In this document: one piece after another, positions 27,969 through 37,199 of the stretch | Layout: each line of letters starts with the position of its first letter | How positions within the stretch are numbered: position 1 is the stretch's first letter | DNA from: an uncultured delta proteobacterium | Lineage (GTDB): Bacteria; Myxococcota_A; Polyangia; Polyangiales; Polyangiaceae | Assembly: GCA_963850305.1 (NCBI GenBank) | Contig: CAWKKR010000008.1 | Span: 1,312,001-1,376,000 of the forward strand | Reading direction: 5' to 3' | DNA: 64,000 nucleotides | Program-made: the position numbers and the translations under genes | The notes under the pieces: generated by a model | Told to the model about the DNA's origin: nothing | Database searches by the model: none | Seen by the model: only the letters and a program-made list of their open reading frames with translations

Positions 27969-29147
27969 CTAGCTCCCGTTTCGCATCGATAAGAGCGGCA
28001 GCGTCTCGACGATCTCGAGACCGTATCCGCGGATTCCAGCGATCTTTCGGGGGTTGTTGGTCAAGAGCCGCAGCCGGTAAAGCCCGAGCTGACGGAGGAT
28101 CTGCGCCCCGAGCCCGAATTCCCGGAGCGCGTTTCGATGCGGGCCGTCGCTGCTGTTCGGGCTCGACTCGGGCGGCTTCGTCGGATCGCTGCGGAGGAGC
28201 GCGTCGAGCTGCGACTTGAGATCGCTCTTCGACGGCAGATAAACGACCACGCCGCTGCCCTCGCGCTCGATGAGATCGATTGCTTCGCGCAGGTTCTTGC
28301 CGCCCTCGAACAGGCTGGAGCTGAACAGGTCCGCCACGGTCGAGCCGCCGTGCATGCGACACAGGACCGGATCGTGCGCGTTCGGGTTCCCCTTCACGAG
28401 CGCGAGGAATTCCCTGCCGTCGAGCGGCGCGTCGAACACGACGGCGCGCCACTCCGTTCCGGTGCGGTCGAGGCGAATGACCCGCTCGTCGAGCTTCTGG
28501 ACGAGATGCTCGGTCTGGAGCCGGTATCGAATGAGGTCCGCGATGGTGAGGATGCGCAGACCATGGGTGCGCGCAAACACTTCCAGGTCCGGCATGCGGG
28601 CCATCGTGCCGTCGTCGTTCATGATCTCGCAGATGACGCCCGCGGGCAGACAACCGGCGAGTCGGGCGAGGTCCACCGAGCCCTCCGTCTGGCCCGTGCG
28701 CATGAGGACGCCGCCCTTCTGCGCCTTGAGCGGGAACACGTGGCCCGGCGTGACGATGTCCTCGGGCGTCACGTTCGGATCGATGGCGACGCGCGTCGTG
28801 TGGGAGCGATCCGCCGCGCTGATTCCCGTGGTGACGCCGCGCCGCGCCTCGATGCTCATGGTGAACGCCGTGCCGAGAGCTGGTCCGCCGCGCCACTTCG
28901 GCATCTGCATCATCGGAAGCTCGAGGCGCTCCACCTGCTCTTCCGTGAGCGTGAGGCAGATGAGTCCCCGGCCGTGCTTGGCCATGAAGTTGATGGCCTC
29001 CGGCGTCACCTTGTCGGCAGCGAGCGTCAGATCGCCCTCGTTCTCCCGATCCTCGTCGTCGACGAGGATGATCATCTTGCCGGCGCGGATGTCGTCGATC
29101 GAGCGCTGCACGCGTTCGAGGAGCTCAGGTTCGATATCGAGGGCCAT
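27969..29147 (-). CDS. ribB: DHBP synthase fused to a degenerate GTP cyclohydrolase II domain (RibBX-like)
   Basis: DDEDRENEGD, TTGISAADR, PGHVFPL, VICEIMNDDG. The C-terminal domain keeps RMH and LLTNNPRK but lacks the Zn-binding cysteines. Confidence 0.93.
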   Translation of the reverse strand: MALDIEPELLERVQRSIDDIRAGKMIILVDDEDRENEGDLTLAADKVTPEAINFMAKHGRGLICLTLTEEQVERLELPMMQMPKWRGGPALGTAFTMSIEARRGVTTGISAADRSHTTRVAIDPNVTPEDIVTPGHVFPLKAQKGGVLMRTGQTEGSVDLARLAGCLPAGVICEIMNDDGTMARMPDLEVFARTHGLRILTIADLIRYRLQTEHLVQKLDERVIRLDRTGTEWRAVVFDAPLDGREFLALVKGNPNAHDPVLCRMHGGSTVADLFSSSLFEGGKNLREAIDLIEREGSGVVVYLPSKSDLKSQLDALLRSDPTKPPESSPNSSDGPHRNALREFGLGAQILRQLGLYRLRLLTNNPRKIAGIRGYGLEIVETLPLLSMRNGS

Positions 29148-29158
29148 GGTTTCAGCCG

Positions 29159-29803
29159 TCAGCGTATGAAGCCGCCGCGGCGGAGCGCTTCTTCGAGGGT
29201 TGGATTGCCGCTCCCACCGTTTCGCGACTCGAGATAGCGCACGACGTAGCGCGAAACCAGATCCACTTCCAGGTTCAACCTCTTCCCCGGGGCGAGCGCG
29301 CGGAGGGTCGTCACCGCCATCGTGTGCGGAATGAGCATGATCTCGAAGACGGGATCGTCGACCCGATTCACCGTGAGAGACACGCCGTCGAGCGCGACCG
29401 AGCCCTTCGAGGCGATGAATGGCAGGAGGTCTCGCGGTGGTTCGACGACGACGCGCGTCGCGTCGCTCTCCTGGGTGACGCGCGTTACCCTGGCGACGCC
29501 GTCCACGTGTCCCGTCACGAGATGTCCGCCGAGGCGCTCTCCCGCCGCCAGCGCGCGTTCGAGATTCACCGCGTCGCCGAGAGCGAGTTCGCCGAGAGTC
29601 GTCTTCGAGTGCGTCTCGACGGAAACGTCCGCTTCGAACCCCGCGCCGTCGGTCGCGACGACCGTCAGACACGCGCCGTTCACGCTCACCGATTCGCCGA
29701 GCACCAGCGGCCCGAGCCGCGTCGCGACGTCGAGGCGAAATCCGGAGCCGCGCGGCACGCGACCGCGAAGCGAACCCATCGTTTGCACGAGACCGGTGAA
29801 CAC
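29159..29803 (-). CDS. ribE: Riboflavin synthase
   Basis: (M)FTGLV start, SVNGACLTV, NLERA, GGHLVTGHVD, GVSLTV, IPHT. Confidence 0.96.
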   Translation of the reverse strand: MFTGLVQTMGSLRGRVPRGSGFRLDVATRLGPLVLGESVSVNGACLTVVATDGAGFEADVSVETHSKTTLGELALGDAVNLERALAAGERLGGHLVTGHVDGVARVTRVTQESDATRVVVEPPRDLLPFIASKGSVALDGVSLTVNRVDDPVFEIMLIPHTMAVTTLRALAPGKRLNLEVDLVSRYVVRYLESRNGGSGNPTLEEALRRGGFIR

Positions 29804-29842
29804 GAGGGCTCCCATAGCATTCGCGCGTGCGAACGTCGCGGA

Positions 29843-29873
29843 AGACGCGCGAGACGCGCGAGACGCGTGAGAC
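29843..29873. repeat. 9-bp tandem repeat (AGACGCGYG x3) in the divergent region upstream of ribE
   Basis: agacgcgcg-agacgcgcg-agacgcgtg-agac. Confidence 0.7.
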
Positions 29874-29937
29874 TGGTGAAGCGTGCCGGCCTTTCTCCTT
29901 GCGGTTCGATCGCCCGAGCGGCACGCTCCTGGGCGCC

Positions 29938-30498
29938 GTGCCGCGCTTCCGCGTTGCCCTACAGGCCCTCGCGCCGCTGCTCGTCGCGCTGGGATGCGGG
30001 CCTGGTTTCGAGTCCATGCACGAAAGCAATCTCCGCTTCGAGCATTGCTACCGGCTCGACATGGATCCGAAGATCGCGCCCTCCCACCGTGAGTATTGCT
30101 GGCGCGACTGGACGCAGGTGTACGCCTATGCCCAGCCGCTCGATCGAATCGAATACGCCCGCCGTCGGATCGTCGCTCTCGAATCCGGCGATGACCATCT
30201 GATGACGCTCGGGCCCGGGGCTCCCACGAAAACTCGCGTCTTCGAGGAAGAGTCCGCCGGCGCGAGTGAAACCCCCATGGCGGCACCGGCTCCCACCAGC
30301 GCTCGCGAGCCGCCTCCGCGGATCGCGCCAGCGCCGCCTCCGCCAGCCCCTTCGGGCGTGGTGTTACCCGGTAACACGTGCGCCGGGCCGTGCGAGTCCA
30401 CTTTCGACGCCTGCTCGCGCCTGTGCGAGGCGAAGCAGGCAGACTGCGTCGTTTGTCGCGAGGACTACCGTCGCTGCATGCGGCGTTGCTTCGAGTGA
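29938..30498 (+). CDS. Conserved hypothetical lipoprotein with Cys-rich C-terminus
   Basis: Lipobox VALGC; RFEHCYRLD, CWRDW; C-terminal CAGPC...CMRRCFE. Start uncertain. Confidence 0.7.
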   Translation: MPRFRVALQALAPLLVALGCGPGFESMHESNLRFEHCYRLDMDPKIAPSHREYCWRDWTQVYAYAQPLDRIEYARRRIVALESGDDHLMTLGPGAPTKTRVFEEESAGASETPMAAPAPTSAREPPPRIAPAPPPPAPSGVVLPGNTCAGPCESTFDACSRLCEAKQADCVVCREDYRRCMRRCFE

Positions 30499-30558
30499 GC
30501 CCCCCGGAAGTTGACGCCTTCGCGACACTCACGGTAACGGTTGAAAGGGTAGCGACGC

Positions 30559-31776
30559 ATGACTGCTCGTTTGTTTCCCCTACGCCAGATGGCTTCCGCG
30601 CTGGCCACTCCGTTACCGCGGGTGCTTCGCCCGAAGCGCGCGCTCCCCAACGAGGCCGTTCGCCCGACGCGTGCGGAGATCAATCTCGCGAATCTGCGGC
30701 ACAACCTGCGCGTCGTGCAGCGCGCGACGAAGAGCCCCGTGTGGACGGTGTTGAAGGCGGACGGTTATGGGCACGGCGCCAAGGCCGTGGCTCGGACCCT
30801 CGAGCGCGCGGGTGCCGCGGGCATCTGCGTGGCGTTGCTCGAAGAGGCCATCGAGCTTCGCGAAGCGGGCATCAAGATTCCGATCCTGGTCATGGGTGGC
30901 TATTACGGAGGAGCGTGGGGGGATCTGCTTCGGCACGATCTCGTTCCCGTCATCTACGACGCGTCGCACATCGAAGCGCTCGCCGACGAGGTTCGCTTCT
31001 CGGGCGCGGAACCCGTACGCGTGCACCTGAAGGTCGACACGGGCATGGCACGTCTCGGCATCACGCCGAAGGAAGTGGCCTCGATCGCTCGCGAGTTGCT
31101 GCGGCGCCCGGAGGTCGTCTTCGAGGGCCTCATGACGCATTTTGCCTGCGCGGATTCCGGCGAGACGGCTTCGCTCGACAGGCAGCTCGACGTATTCGAC
31201 GCCGTGACCACGGACCTGCGCGAGATGGGTCTCGTCCCTTCCGTTCGCCACGCAGCAAACAGCGCCGCCGTCTTCCAGTCGCCGCGCTCCCACCTGGACG
31301 CAGTCCGCCCCGGCCTCGCCATCTTCGGCATCGAACCACGTGTCGGCATGGCGCAGGATCTCCGGCCCGCGATGTGTCTGCGTTCCGAGATCGCAGCGCT
31401 GCGCGAGCTCGCACCCGGTGACTCCGCCGGTTACGGCGCGACCTGGACGGCCCGGCGAACGTCCCGGATCGCGACCGTACCGCTCGGTTACGCGGACGGA
31501 TTGAGCCGTGGGCTGTCCAACAAGGGTCACCTTCTGGTCCGCGGTCGCCGCGCGCCGATCGTCGGCACCGTCAGCATGGACATGACCATGATCGACGTCA
31601 CGGACGTTCCCGGGACCGAGCTCCGCGACGAGGTCGTCGCGCTCGGCGCGCAGCGAGGTCCGCTCGGCCGTGACGAGATCACGGTCGACGAGATGGCGGC
31701 GCACCTCGGCACCATCGCGTGGGAAGTCCTCACGAGCGTCTCGCGCCGCGTTCCACGATTCTACCGGGAACCTTGA
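30559..31776 (+). CDS. alr: Alanine racemase
   Basis: VLKADGYGHG (PLP Lys), KVDTGMARLG, MTHFA, RPG, GYADG, VSMD. Confidence 0.97.
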   Translation: MTARLFPLRQMASALATPLPRVLRPKRALPNEAVRPTRAEINLANLRHNLRVVQRATKSPVWTVLKADGYGHGAKAVARTLERAGAAGICVALLEEAIELREAGIKIPILVMGGYYGGAWGDLLRHDLVPVIYDASHIEALADEVRFSGAEPVRVHLKVDTGMARLGITPKEVASIARELLRRPEVVFEGLMTHFACADSGETASLDRQLDVFDAVTTDLREMGLVPSVRHAANSAAVFQSPRSHLDAVRPGLAIFGIEPRVGMAQDLRPAMCLRSEIAALRELAPGDSAGYGATWTARRTSRIATVPLGYADGLSRGLSNKGHLLVRGRRAPIVGTVSMDMTMIDVTDVPGTELRDEVVALGAQRGPLGRDEITVDEMAAHLGTIAWEVLTSVSRRVPRFYREP

Positions 31777-31780
31777 GCTT

Positions 31781-32490
31781 GAGGGGGTCTTGACCCCCGC
31801 GGCTCGCTCCGCGCCCGCTGCCTTGGGTCCCGGGGGACCTTGGTCCCCCGCGGCTTGCTTCGCAACCGCTGCCTTGTCCCGGGGGACCTTGGTCCCCCGC
31901 GGCTTGCTGCGCAACCGCTCCCCCAGCCGCCTTCGGCGGGCTCGCTCCGCTCGCAAGGGGGTCTTGACCCCCGCGGCTTGCTCCGCGACCGCTGCCTTGT
32001 CCCGGGGGACCTTGGTCCCCCGCGGCTTGCTGCGCAACCGCTCCCCCAGCCGCCTTCGGCGGGCTCGCTCCGCTCGCAAGGGGGTCTTGACCCCCGCGGC
32101 TTGCTCCGCGACCGCTGCCTTGTCCCGGGGGACCTTGGTCCCCCGCGGCTTGCTGCGCAACCGCTCCCCCAGCCGCCTTCGGCGGGCTCGCTCCGCTCGC
32201 AAGGGGGTCTTGACCCCCGCGGCTTGCTCCGCGCCCGCTGCCTTGTCCCGGGGGACCTTGGTCCCCCGCGGCTCGCTCCGCGACCGCTCCCCCAGCCGCC
32301 TTCGGCGGGCTCGCTATGCTCGCAAGGGGGTCTTGACCCCCGCGGCTTGCTTCGTAACCGCTGCCTTGTCCCGGGGGACCTTGGTCCCCCGCGGCTTGTT
32401 TCGCAACCGCTCCCCCAGCCGCCTTCGGCGGGCTCGCTATGCTCGCAAGGGGGCTTGCCAGCCTTGCCCCCGCGGCTCGCTCCGCTCGCG
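31781..32490 (+). repeat. Tandem array of REP/BIME-like modular hairpin elements, 123-bp period, about 5.5 units
   Basis: AAGGGGG anchors at 31955, 32078, 32201, 32324, 32447. Each unit has hairpins GGGGGTC-TT-GACCCCC, GGGGGACC-TT-GGTCCCCC and CCGCC-TTC-GGCGG. Confidence 0.95.
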
Positions 32491-32641
32491 TAGTTCTGCA
32501 GCTCTTTGATCCCTTGGGGGCGACGCTGCTCGTCGATGCGGAACTGCTGCGCTTGCGGCGCTAAGCATCGTTGGGGGTCCAACGGTTCTTTGGCGAGGTG
32601 TCCCGCGTGAGAGGCGCCGCGCGCGCGGGCGGCAGGCGACC

Positions 32642-32711
32642 GGGTGAGTGATCGAGTGGGTGCATGGGTGAGTGAGTGCGTGAGTGCGTGAGTGCGTGGG
32701 TGCATGGGTGG
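32642..32711. repeat. Imperfect tetranucleotide microsatellite (GAGT/GCGT/GGGT)
   Basis: gggtgagtgagtgcgtgagtgcgtgagtgcgtgggtgcatgggtg upstream of the OmpA-family gene. Confidence 0.8.
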
Positions 32712-32792
32712 CCAGCTGAGAAAGTTTGGCTGTTACGGAAAAAAAACTTAACGTCGGCACGAAGTTGGCGGATGTTTGAAGGCTCGAACCCA

Positions 32793-34229
32793 ATGCGAGC
32801 CGCCGTTTCTCTCGCCGCCGCAGTCGTCATCCTCTCGGGAACCGGGCCCGCGCGGGCCGAGCAGGTGCGCGTCCACGGGATCCTCGACGTCGCTCACGCG
32901 GTCGGCGGTTATCAGGATCGCGAGCTGTCCTTCGGGGCCGCGGGGCTCGTCGCGATCGAAGTGCCCTTTTTCCGGAAGCTCGGCGGTGAAGTCGAGGTTG
33001 GGACGTTGCTCCTCGCCAAGGGCGACAATCCCAAGGATCCGACACTGAAGCCCGATGACGGAGCGAACGCGATCTTCGGAGCCGTGGGCATTCAAGCTCG
33101 TCCCTTCGTCACGAACGATCCGACCGAGATCGGTCCGCTCACCGGGATCTGGGCGTCGGCGCATGCCGGGGCCTCGACGACGGGCGGTCTGTTCCGTGCG
33201 ACCGTGGACCTACATGGGGGCTACGACCTCCCGATAGAACGCGGACGATACTGGCTCGGCCCGACGGTGGGTCTCATTCACGTCTTTCAATCGGATGCCG
33301 AGCTTCGCCCGGAGGATGCGAACGTGTTCGTCATCGGAGTGCACGGCATGTTCGACAGCGCGCCGCTCCTCGCGCCGGATCGAGACGGGGACGGCATCAT
33401 CGACCGCCTCGATCGCTGCCCGGACGTTCCGGAGGATCGCGACGGGTTCGAGGACGCGGATGGCTGTCCCGATCTCGACAACGACAAGGACGGGATCCCC
33501 GACGCGAAGGACAAGTGCCCCGATCAGCCCGAAGATTTCGACGGGTTCGAGGACGCGGATGGCTGTCCCGATCTCGACAACGACAAGGACGGGATCCCCG
33601 ACGCGAAGGACAAGTGCCCGAACGATCCCGAAGACTTCGACGGTTTCCAGGACGAGGACGGTTGCCCGGACCCCGACAACGACCATGACGGCATCCCCGA
33701 CAAGGAGGATCTCTGTCCGAACGAACCCGAAACCAAGAACGGGTACGCCGACGAAGACGGCTGCCCCGATGAAGATCAGGTGCGCGTCGTCGGCGAGAAG
33801 ATCGTCCTCGACGATCGCGTGCACTTCGAACAAAATAACTCGATCATCCGCGAGATCAGCTTCCCGCTGCTCGAGCGGCTCTCGAAGCTCCTGCGGGATC
33901 ACCCGGAGTACGTGCACATCGAAGTCCAGGGATACACGGACCAGAAGGGCAACGCGGCCTTCAACGAGAAACTCAGCGCGGACCGCGCGACGAGCGTCGT
34001 CGAGTTCCTGGTGCGGCGCGGGGGCATCGCTCGCGGCCGTCTCAGCGCCGTCGGTTTCGGGTCCAGCAATCCCGTCGTCGACAAGACGACCCAGCACGCG
34101 CTGTTCCTCAACCGACGCGTGGAGTTCGTCATCACCCGAGCCGTTCGTGCCGGAGCGGTCTCACCGGCGGCGCAGCCTGCGCCCGACTCGTCGAAGCCGC
34201 CCGCGGGAACGGAGGAGCGCACGCCATGA
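32793..34229 (+). CDS. OmpA family protein with N-terminal barrel-like domain and thrombospondin type 3 repeats
   Basis: Signal ending ARA; DGCPDLDNDKDGIPD repeats; VQGYTD...NEKLSADRA...GFGSSNP...NRRVEF. Confidence 0.93.
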   Translation: MRAAVSLAAAVVILSGTGPARAEQVRVHGILDVAHAVGGYQDRELSFGAAGLVAIEVPFFRKLGGEVEVGTLLLAKGDNPKDPTLKPDDGANAIFGAVGIQARPFVTNDPTEIGPLTGIWASAHAGASTTGGLFRATVDLHGGYDLPIERGRYWLGPTVGLIHVFQSDAELRPEDANVFVIGVHGMFDSAPLLAPDRDGDGIIDRLDRCPDVPEDRDGFEDADGCPDLDNDKDGIPDAKDKCPDQPEDFDGFEDADGCPDLDNDKDGIPDAKDKCPNDPEDFDGFQDEDGCPDPDNDHDGIPDKEDLCPNEPETKNGYADEDGCPDEDQVRVVGEKIVLDDRVHFEQNNSIIREISFPLLERLSKLLRDHPEYVHIEVQGYTDQKGNAAFNEKLSADRATSVVEFLVRRGGIARGRLSAVGFGSSNPVVDKTTQHALFLNRRVEFVITRAVRAGAVSPAAQPAPDSSKPPAGTEERTP

Positions 34230-35713
34230 CGTTCGCGCGCGCCTGGGTCATCGCGGCCTTGATGGTGGCCGCTGCCGGAATGCCCATGGGGTGCAGCAGC
34301 GGCGTCGTGGGCGGCGATTGCAGGTCCGGGTACATCGAGTGTCATGGGCGATGCCTCGACCCCTCGGCGGATCCCTCGAACTGCGGCGATTGCGACAACG
34401 CCTGCACGTCGGGCGAATGCGTGAGCGGTCAGTGCACCACCGTCGTCGATGCGTCCACGGGCGGCGCCGGAGGTTCGTCCAGTCTCGACGGAGGTAGCGG
34501 CGGCACGTCTGGCGCTTCGGCGGGCGGAAGTGGCGGCTCCGGTGGCGCTCTCACGGAGGCCGGGGCCGGCGCGGGAGGCACAGATGCCGGACGCGGTGGT
34601 GCAGGAGGCGTCGATGCCGGACGCGGTGGTGCAGGAGGCACCGGTGCGGGCGGCACTCACGACGGCGGTTCCTCGGGTGGCACTCGCGACGCGGGTTCCT
34701 CGGGTGGCGGCGATGCTTCAGTGTCGTCGGGTGGCAGCAGCGGCGCGCTGGACGGCTCACCCGGCGGCGCGGCGAACGACGCCGGCTCGACGGCAGACGG
34801 GGGATGCCAGCCGCCCTTCGAAACCCCCGAAAACTGCGGCGCTTGTAACGTGAAGTGTGGGTCGGCCACGCCGCTGTGTGCGCCCTCGGGCGCGAGCTTC
34901 GCGTGCACCTCGGCGTGCGTTTCACCGCTCGTCGAGTGCCGCAATCAGTGCGTGGACACGGACAACGACCAGAACAATTGCGGTCGCTGCGGTCATCGCT
35001 GCGTGTCGGGCCTTTGCCAGAGCGGCACGTGCGTGGGGGCCACGGCCGGTCACGAGGTGCTCTTCTGCATGGATTACCGGAGCGTGGCGGCGACCGGCAG
35101 CTCCCCGGAGCAACTCCTCGAAAACGCCGTGTTCCTCGGCTCGAAGAACCCCGTCGCGATCCTCTCGTACGGCCAGTACGCGCCGTCCTCGGTGATCACC
35201 GCGGTCGGCAAGACGCTCGACAACGCGGCCGCGGCGCGCGCGCGTTCGTACACGCTCACCAAGGCTGCGACCAGCGCGGAGGTCGTGAGCGAGCTCAGCA
35301 TCCTCGATTACGATCTGCTCCTCGTGTACGACGAGCCGAATGCGCCCGCGGGGATGCTCGGCCAGATCGGAACCTCGTGGGCTTCCGCCGTGGACTCCTT
35401 CACGCGCTCCGGTGGCGCGGTCGTCGTGCTCGCCGGGGACGGTGGTCGCGCCGAGATGCTCGATCTCGTCGTGAACGCGGGTCTCTTCACCATGACGGGC
35501 CAGACCAGCGTCACGAATGCGCAACTCTACGACCGTGCGCCCGGGGACGCCGTGGGCATCAATGTCCTGAGCCCTTTCCGCGCGCCGCTCGAGACGTGCA
35601 CGTTCACCGGCACCGTCCCGGATGCCACGACCTCGTACGTCGTCACCGACACGGCGGCTACGGCGGGCTCCCTCGGGAACCCGGTCGTCCTGCACCGGGT
35701 CGTCTCACCGTGA
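34226..35713 (+). CDS. Cys-rich lipoprotein with STIG1/MXAN_6577-like repeats and Gly-rich linker
   Basis: ATGA overlap; lipobox PMGC; CLDPSADPSNCGDCDNAC, CVDTDNDQNNCGRCGHRC. Confidence 0.8.
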   Translation: MTFARAWVIAALMVAAAGMPMGCSSGVVGGDCRSGYIECHGRCLDPSADPSNCGDCDNACTSGECVSGQCTTVVDASTGGAGGSSSLDGGSGGTSGASAGGSGGSGGALTEAGAGAGGTDAGRGGAGGVDAGRGGAGGTGAGGTHDGGSSGGTRDAGSSGGGDASVSSGGSSGALDGSPGGAANDAGSTADGGCQPPFETPENCGACNVKCGSATPLCAPSGASFACTSACVSPLVECRNQCVDTDNDQNNCGRCGHRCVSGLCQSGTCVGATAGHEVLFCMDYRSVAATGSSPEQLLENAVFLGSKNPVAILSYGQYAPSSVITAVGKTLDNAAAARARSYTLTKAATSAEVVSELSILDYDLLLVYDEPNAPAGMLGQIGTSWASAVDSFTRSGGAVVVLAGDGGRAEMLDLVVNAGLFTMTGQTSVTNAQLYDRAPGDAVGINVLSPFRAPLETCTFTGTVPDATTSYVVTDTAATAGSLGNPVVLHRVVSP

Positions 35714-35714
35714 G

Positions 35715-36524
35715 TCAGGCGCGCTTCGCGGCCTCCAGCGCGTTGCCATAGACGGCGGCGAGACGTCCCGCGAGAAACTTGCGCGGAATGACGCCCATGA
35801 GCGCCGTACCCGTGCGCATGAAGACGCCCGGCACGTGCAGGTAACGCCGGCGCGCAAAGCCGTCGATGGCCTCCTCTGCGCACTTGTCGGCGGGCATCAA
35901 CCATCCGCCGAGCGCGCGGAACCGCTTGGTCGACGTCATCTCCGTGCGGATGCCGCCGGGAACGAACGTCGTGATCGACACGTTGCGTCCACGCGTCTCG
36001 TGATAGAGCCCGCACCCGAAGTTCACGAGGAACGCCTTCGTCGCCGAGTATGCCGTCTGATAGGGTACGGGCGTGATGCCCGACATGCTCGAGACGAGCA
36101 TCACGCCGCCGCCCTCGCCGCGCTGCTCGAGGTAGGGAAGGAGCCGCGTAGTCGAGCGAACGACGCCCGTGACATTCGTCGCCAGCATCGTCTGAAAGTC
36201 TTCCCAGGCAAGCTCCTGATACTCGCCGAAGTGGGTGATGCCGGCGTTGAGGATGGCCGCGTAGATCGTGTGGTTCGCCGTGGCCTGGTCGAAGACTCGG
36301 TCCACCTCCTCCAGACGCGACAGGTCGGCGGCGATCGGTTCGATCTTCGCGGTCGACGTCGATTCGATCTCGCGCTTCAGCTCTTCCAGGCGTTCGAGCC
36401 GGCGTGCGACGGGGATCACGTTGGCGCCGTGGTCGCGGGCGAGCACCTTCGTCATTTCCCACCCGAGCCCCGAAGACGCGCCGGTCACGATCACCCAGCG
36501 CGAACGAAAATCCATCCGATCCAT
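35715..36524 (-). CDS. Short-chain dehydrogenase/reductase
   Basis: VTGASSGLG, NAG, YSATK. Confidence 0.93.
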   Translation of the reverse strand: MDRMDFRSRWVIVTGASSGLGWEMTKVLARDHGANVIPVARRLERLEELKREIESTSTAKIEPIAADLSRLEEVDRVFDQATANHTIYAAILNAGITHFGEYQELAWEDFQTMLATNVTGVVRSTTRLLPYLEQRGEGGGVMLVSSMSGITPVPYQTAYSATKAFLVNFGCGLYHETRGRNVSITTFVPGGIRTEMTSTKRFRALGGWLMPADKCAEEAIDGFARRRYLHVPGVFMRTGTALMGVIPRKFLAGRLAAVYGNALEAAKRA

Positions 36525-36602
36525 GCCCGCCTTCTAGCACCGCTCCCGGGGACCGGCTGACAAGGGCACCGGCGACGCTCCCCGGTTTCCGCGGTCGGAA
36601 GG

Positions 36603-37199
36603 CTATTGTTTGGCGCAATTCTGGAAAACGAATGTCCCTCGGCTCACGCACCCGGCGACGCTCGGGCAGCTGAAATTCGCGTACACGAGGCCTGGCGCCA
36701 GCGCTCGCGCGACGGCGGTGCACGTGAGGCCCGGTGGCGTCCCGGCATCCGGTGACACCACCGAGACGGTGACGGGGAACGACGCTCCCGACGCGGTGCC
36801 GTGGATCGCGACGATCGTTCCCTCGGACGTCACGCGTCCATCGACGACGAACGCCTCCTCGTTCATCACCTGACAGGTGACCTCGCCGTTGGTGCCGCTC
36901 ACGATGCCGTAGTCCTGCGAACCGCACTGGGACTTCACACCGCCGCACTCGCTGATCGCGTCGAAGGCGGCGAGTCCCCCCGGAAGACTCACGGGGCCGA
37001 ACGGCGCTGCGCAAGCTCCCCCATCTGCATCCGGCACGGTCTCGAACGCGATGGCCGCGGCCGCAGGACTCACGGTGCACGCCGGCGGGTTGCACATCGG
37101 TCCGCTCGTCTCGATCGGCGGTGCGGGCGCGGAACTGCCGGACGAGCACGCCAGCACTTGCGACAGGGTCGCGATCATGGCGAGCACGCCGGATTTCAT
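36603..37199 (-). CDS. Hypothetical Cys-containing lipoprotein
   Basis: Lipobox VLAC; ATGA overlap with the ABC1 kinase stop. Confidence 0.65.
   Translation of the reverse strand: MKSGVLAMIATLSQVLACSSGSSAPAPPIETSGPMCNPPACTVSPAAAAIAFETVPDADGGACAAPFGPVSLPGGLAAFDAISECGGVKSQCGSQDYGIVSGTNGEVTCQVMNEEAFVVDGRVTSEGTIVAIHGTASGASFPVTVSVVSPDAGTPPGLTCTAVARALAPGLVYANFSCPSVAGCVSRGTFVFQNCAKQ

Noticed and set aside
29804..29940. FMN riboswitch upstream of ribE
   Set aside because: The region is short and I could not find the conserved RFN motifs.
29148..30532. Long N-terminal extensions of ribB and ribE in the ORF track
   Set aside because: They overlap other real genes; the conserved starts are at 29147 and 29803.
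31670..32705. Long repeated ORFs across the 123-bp array
   Set aside because: They result from a stop-poor GC-rich repeat whose period is divisible by 3; the same element occurs as non-coding copies elsewhere.
32793..35713. Naming the pair traA/traB
   Set aside because: Gene order is reversed and the partner has no MYXO-CTERM.
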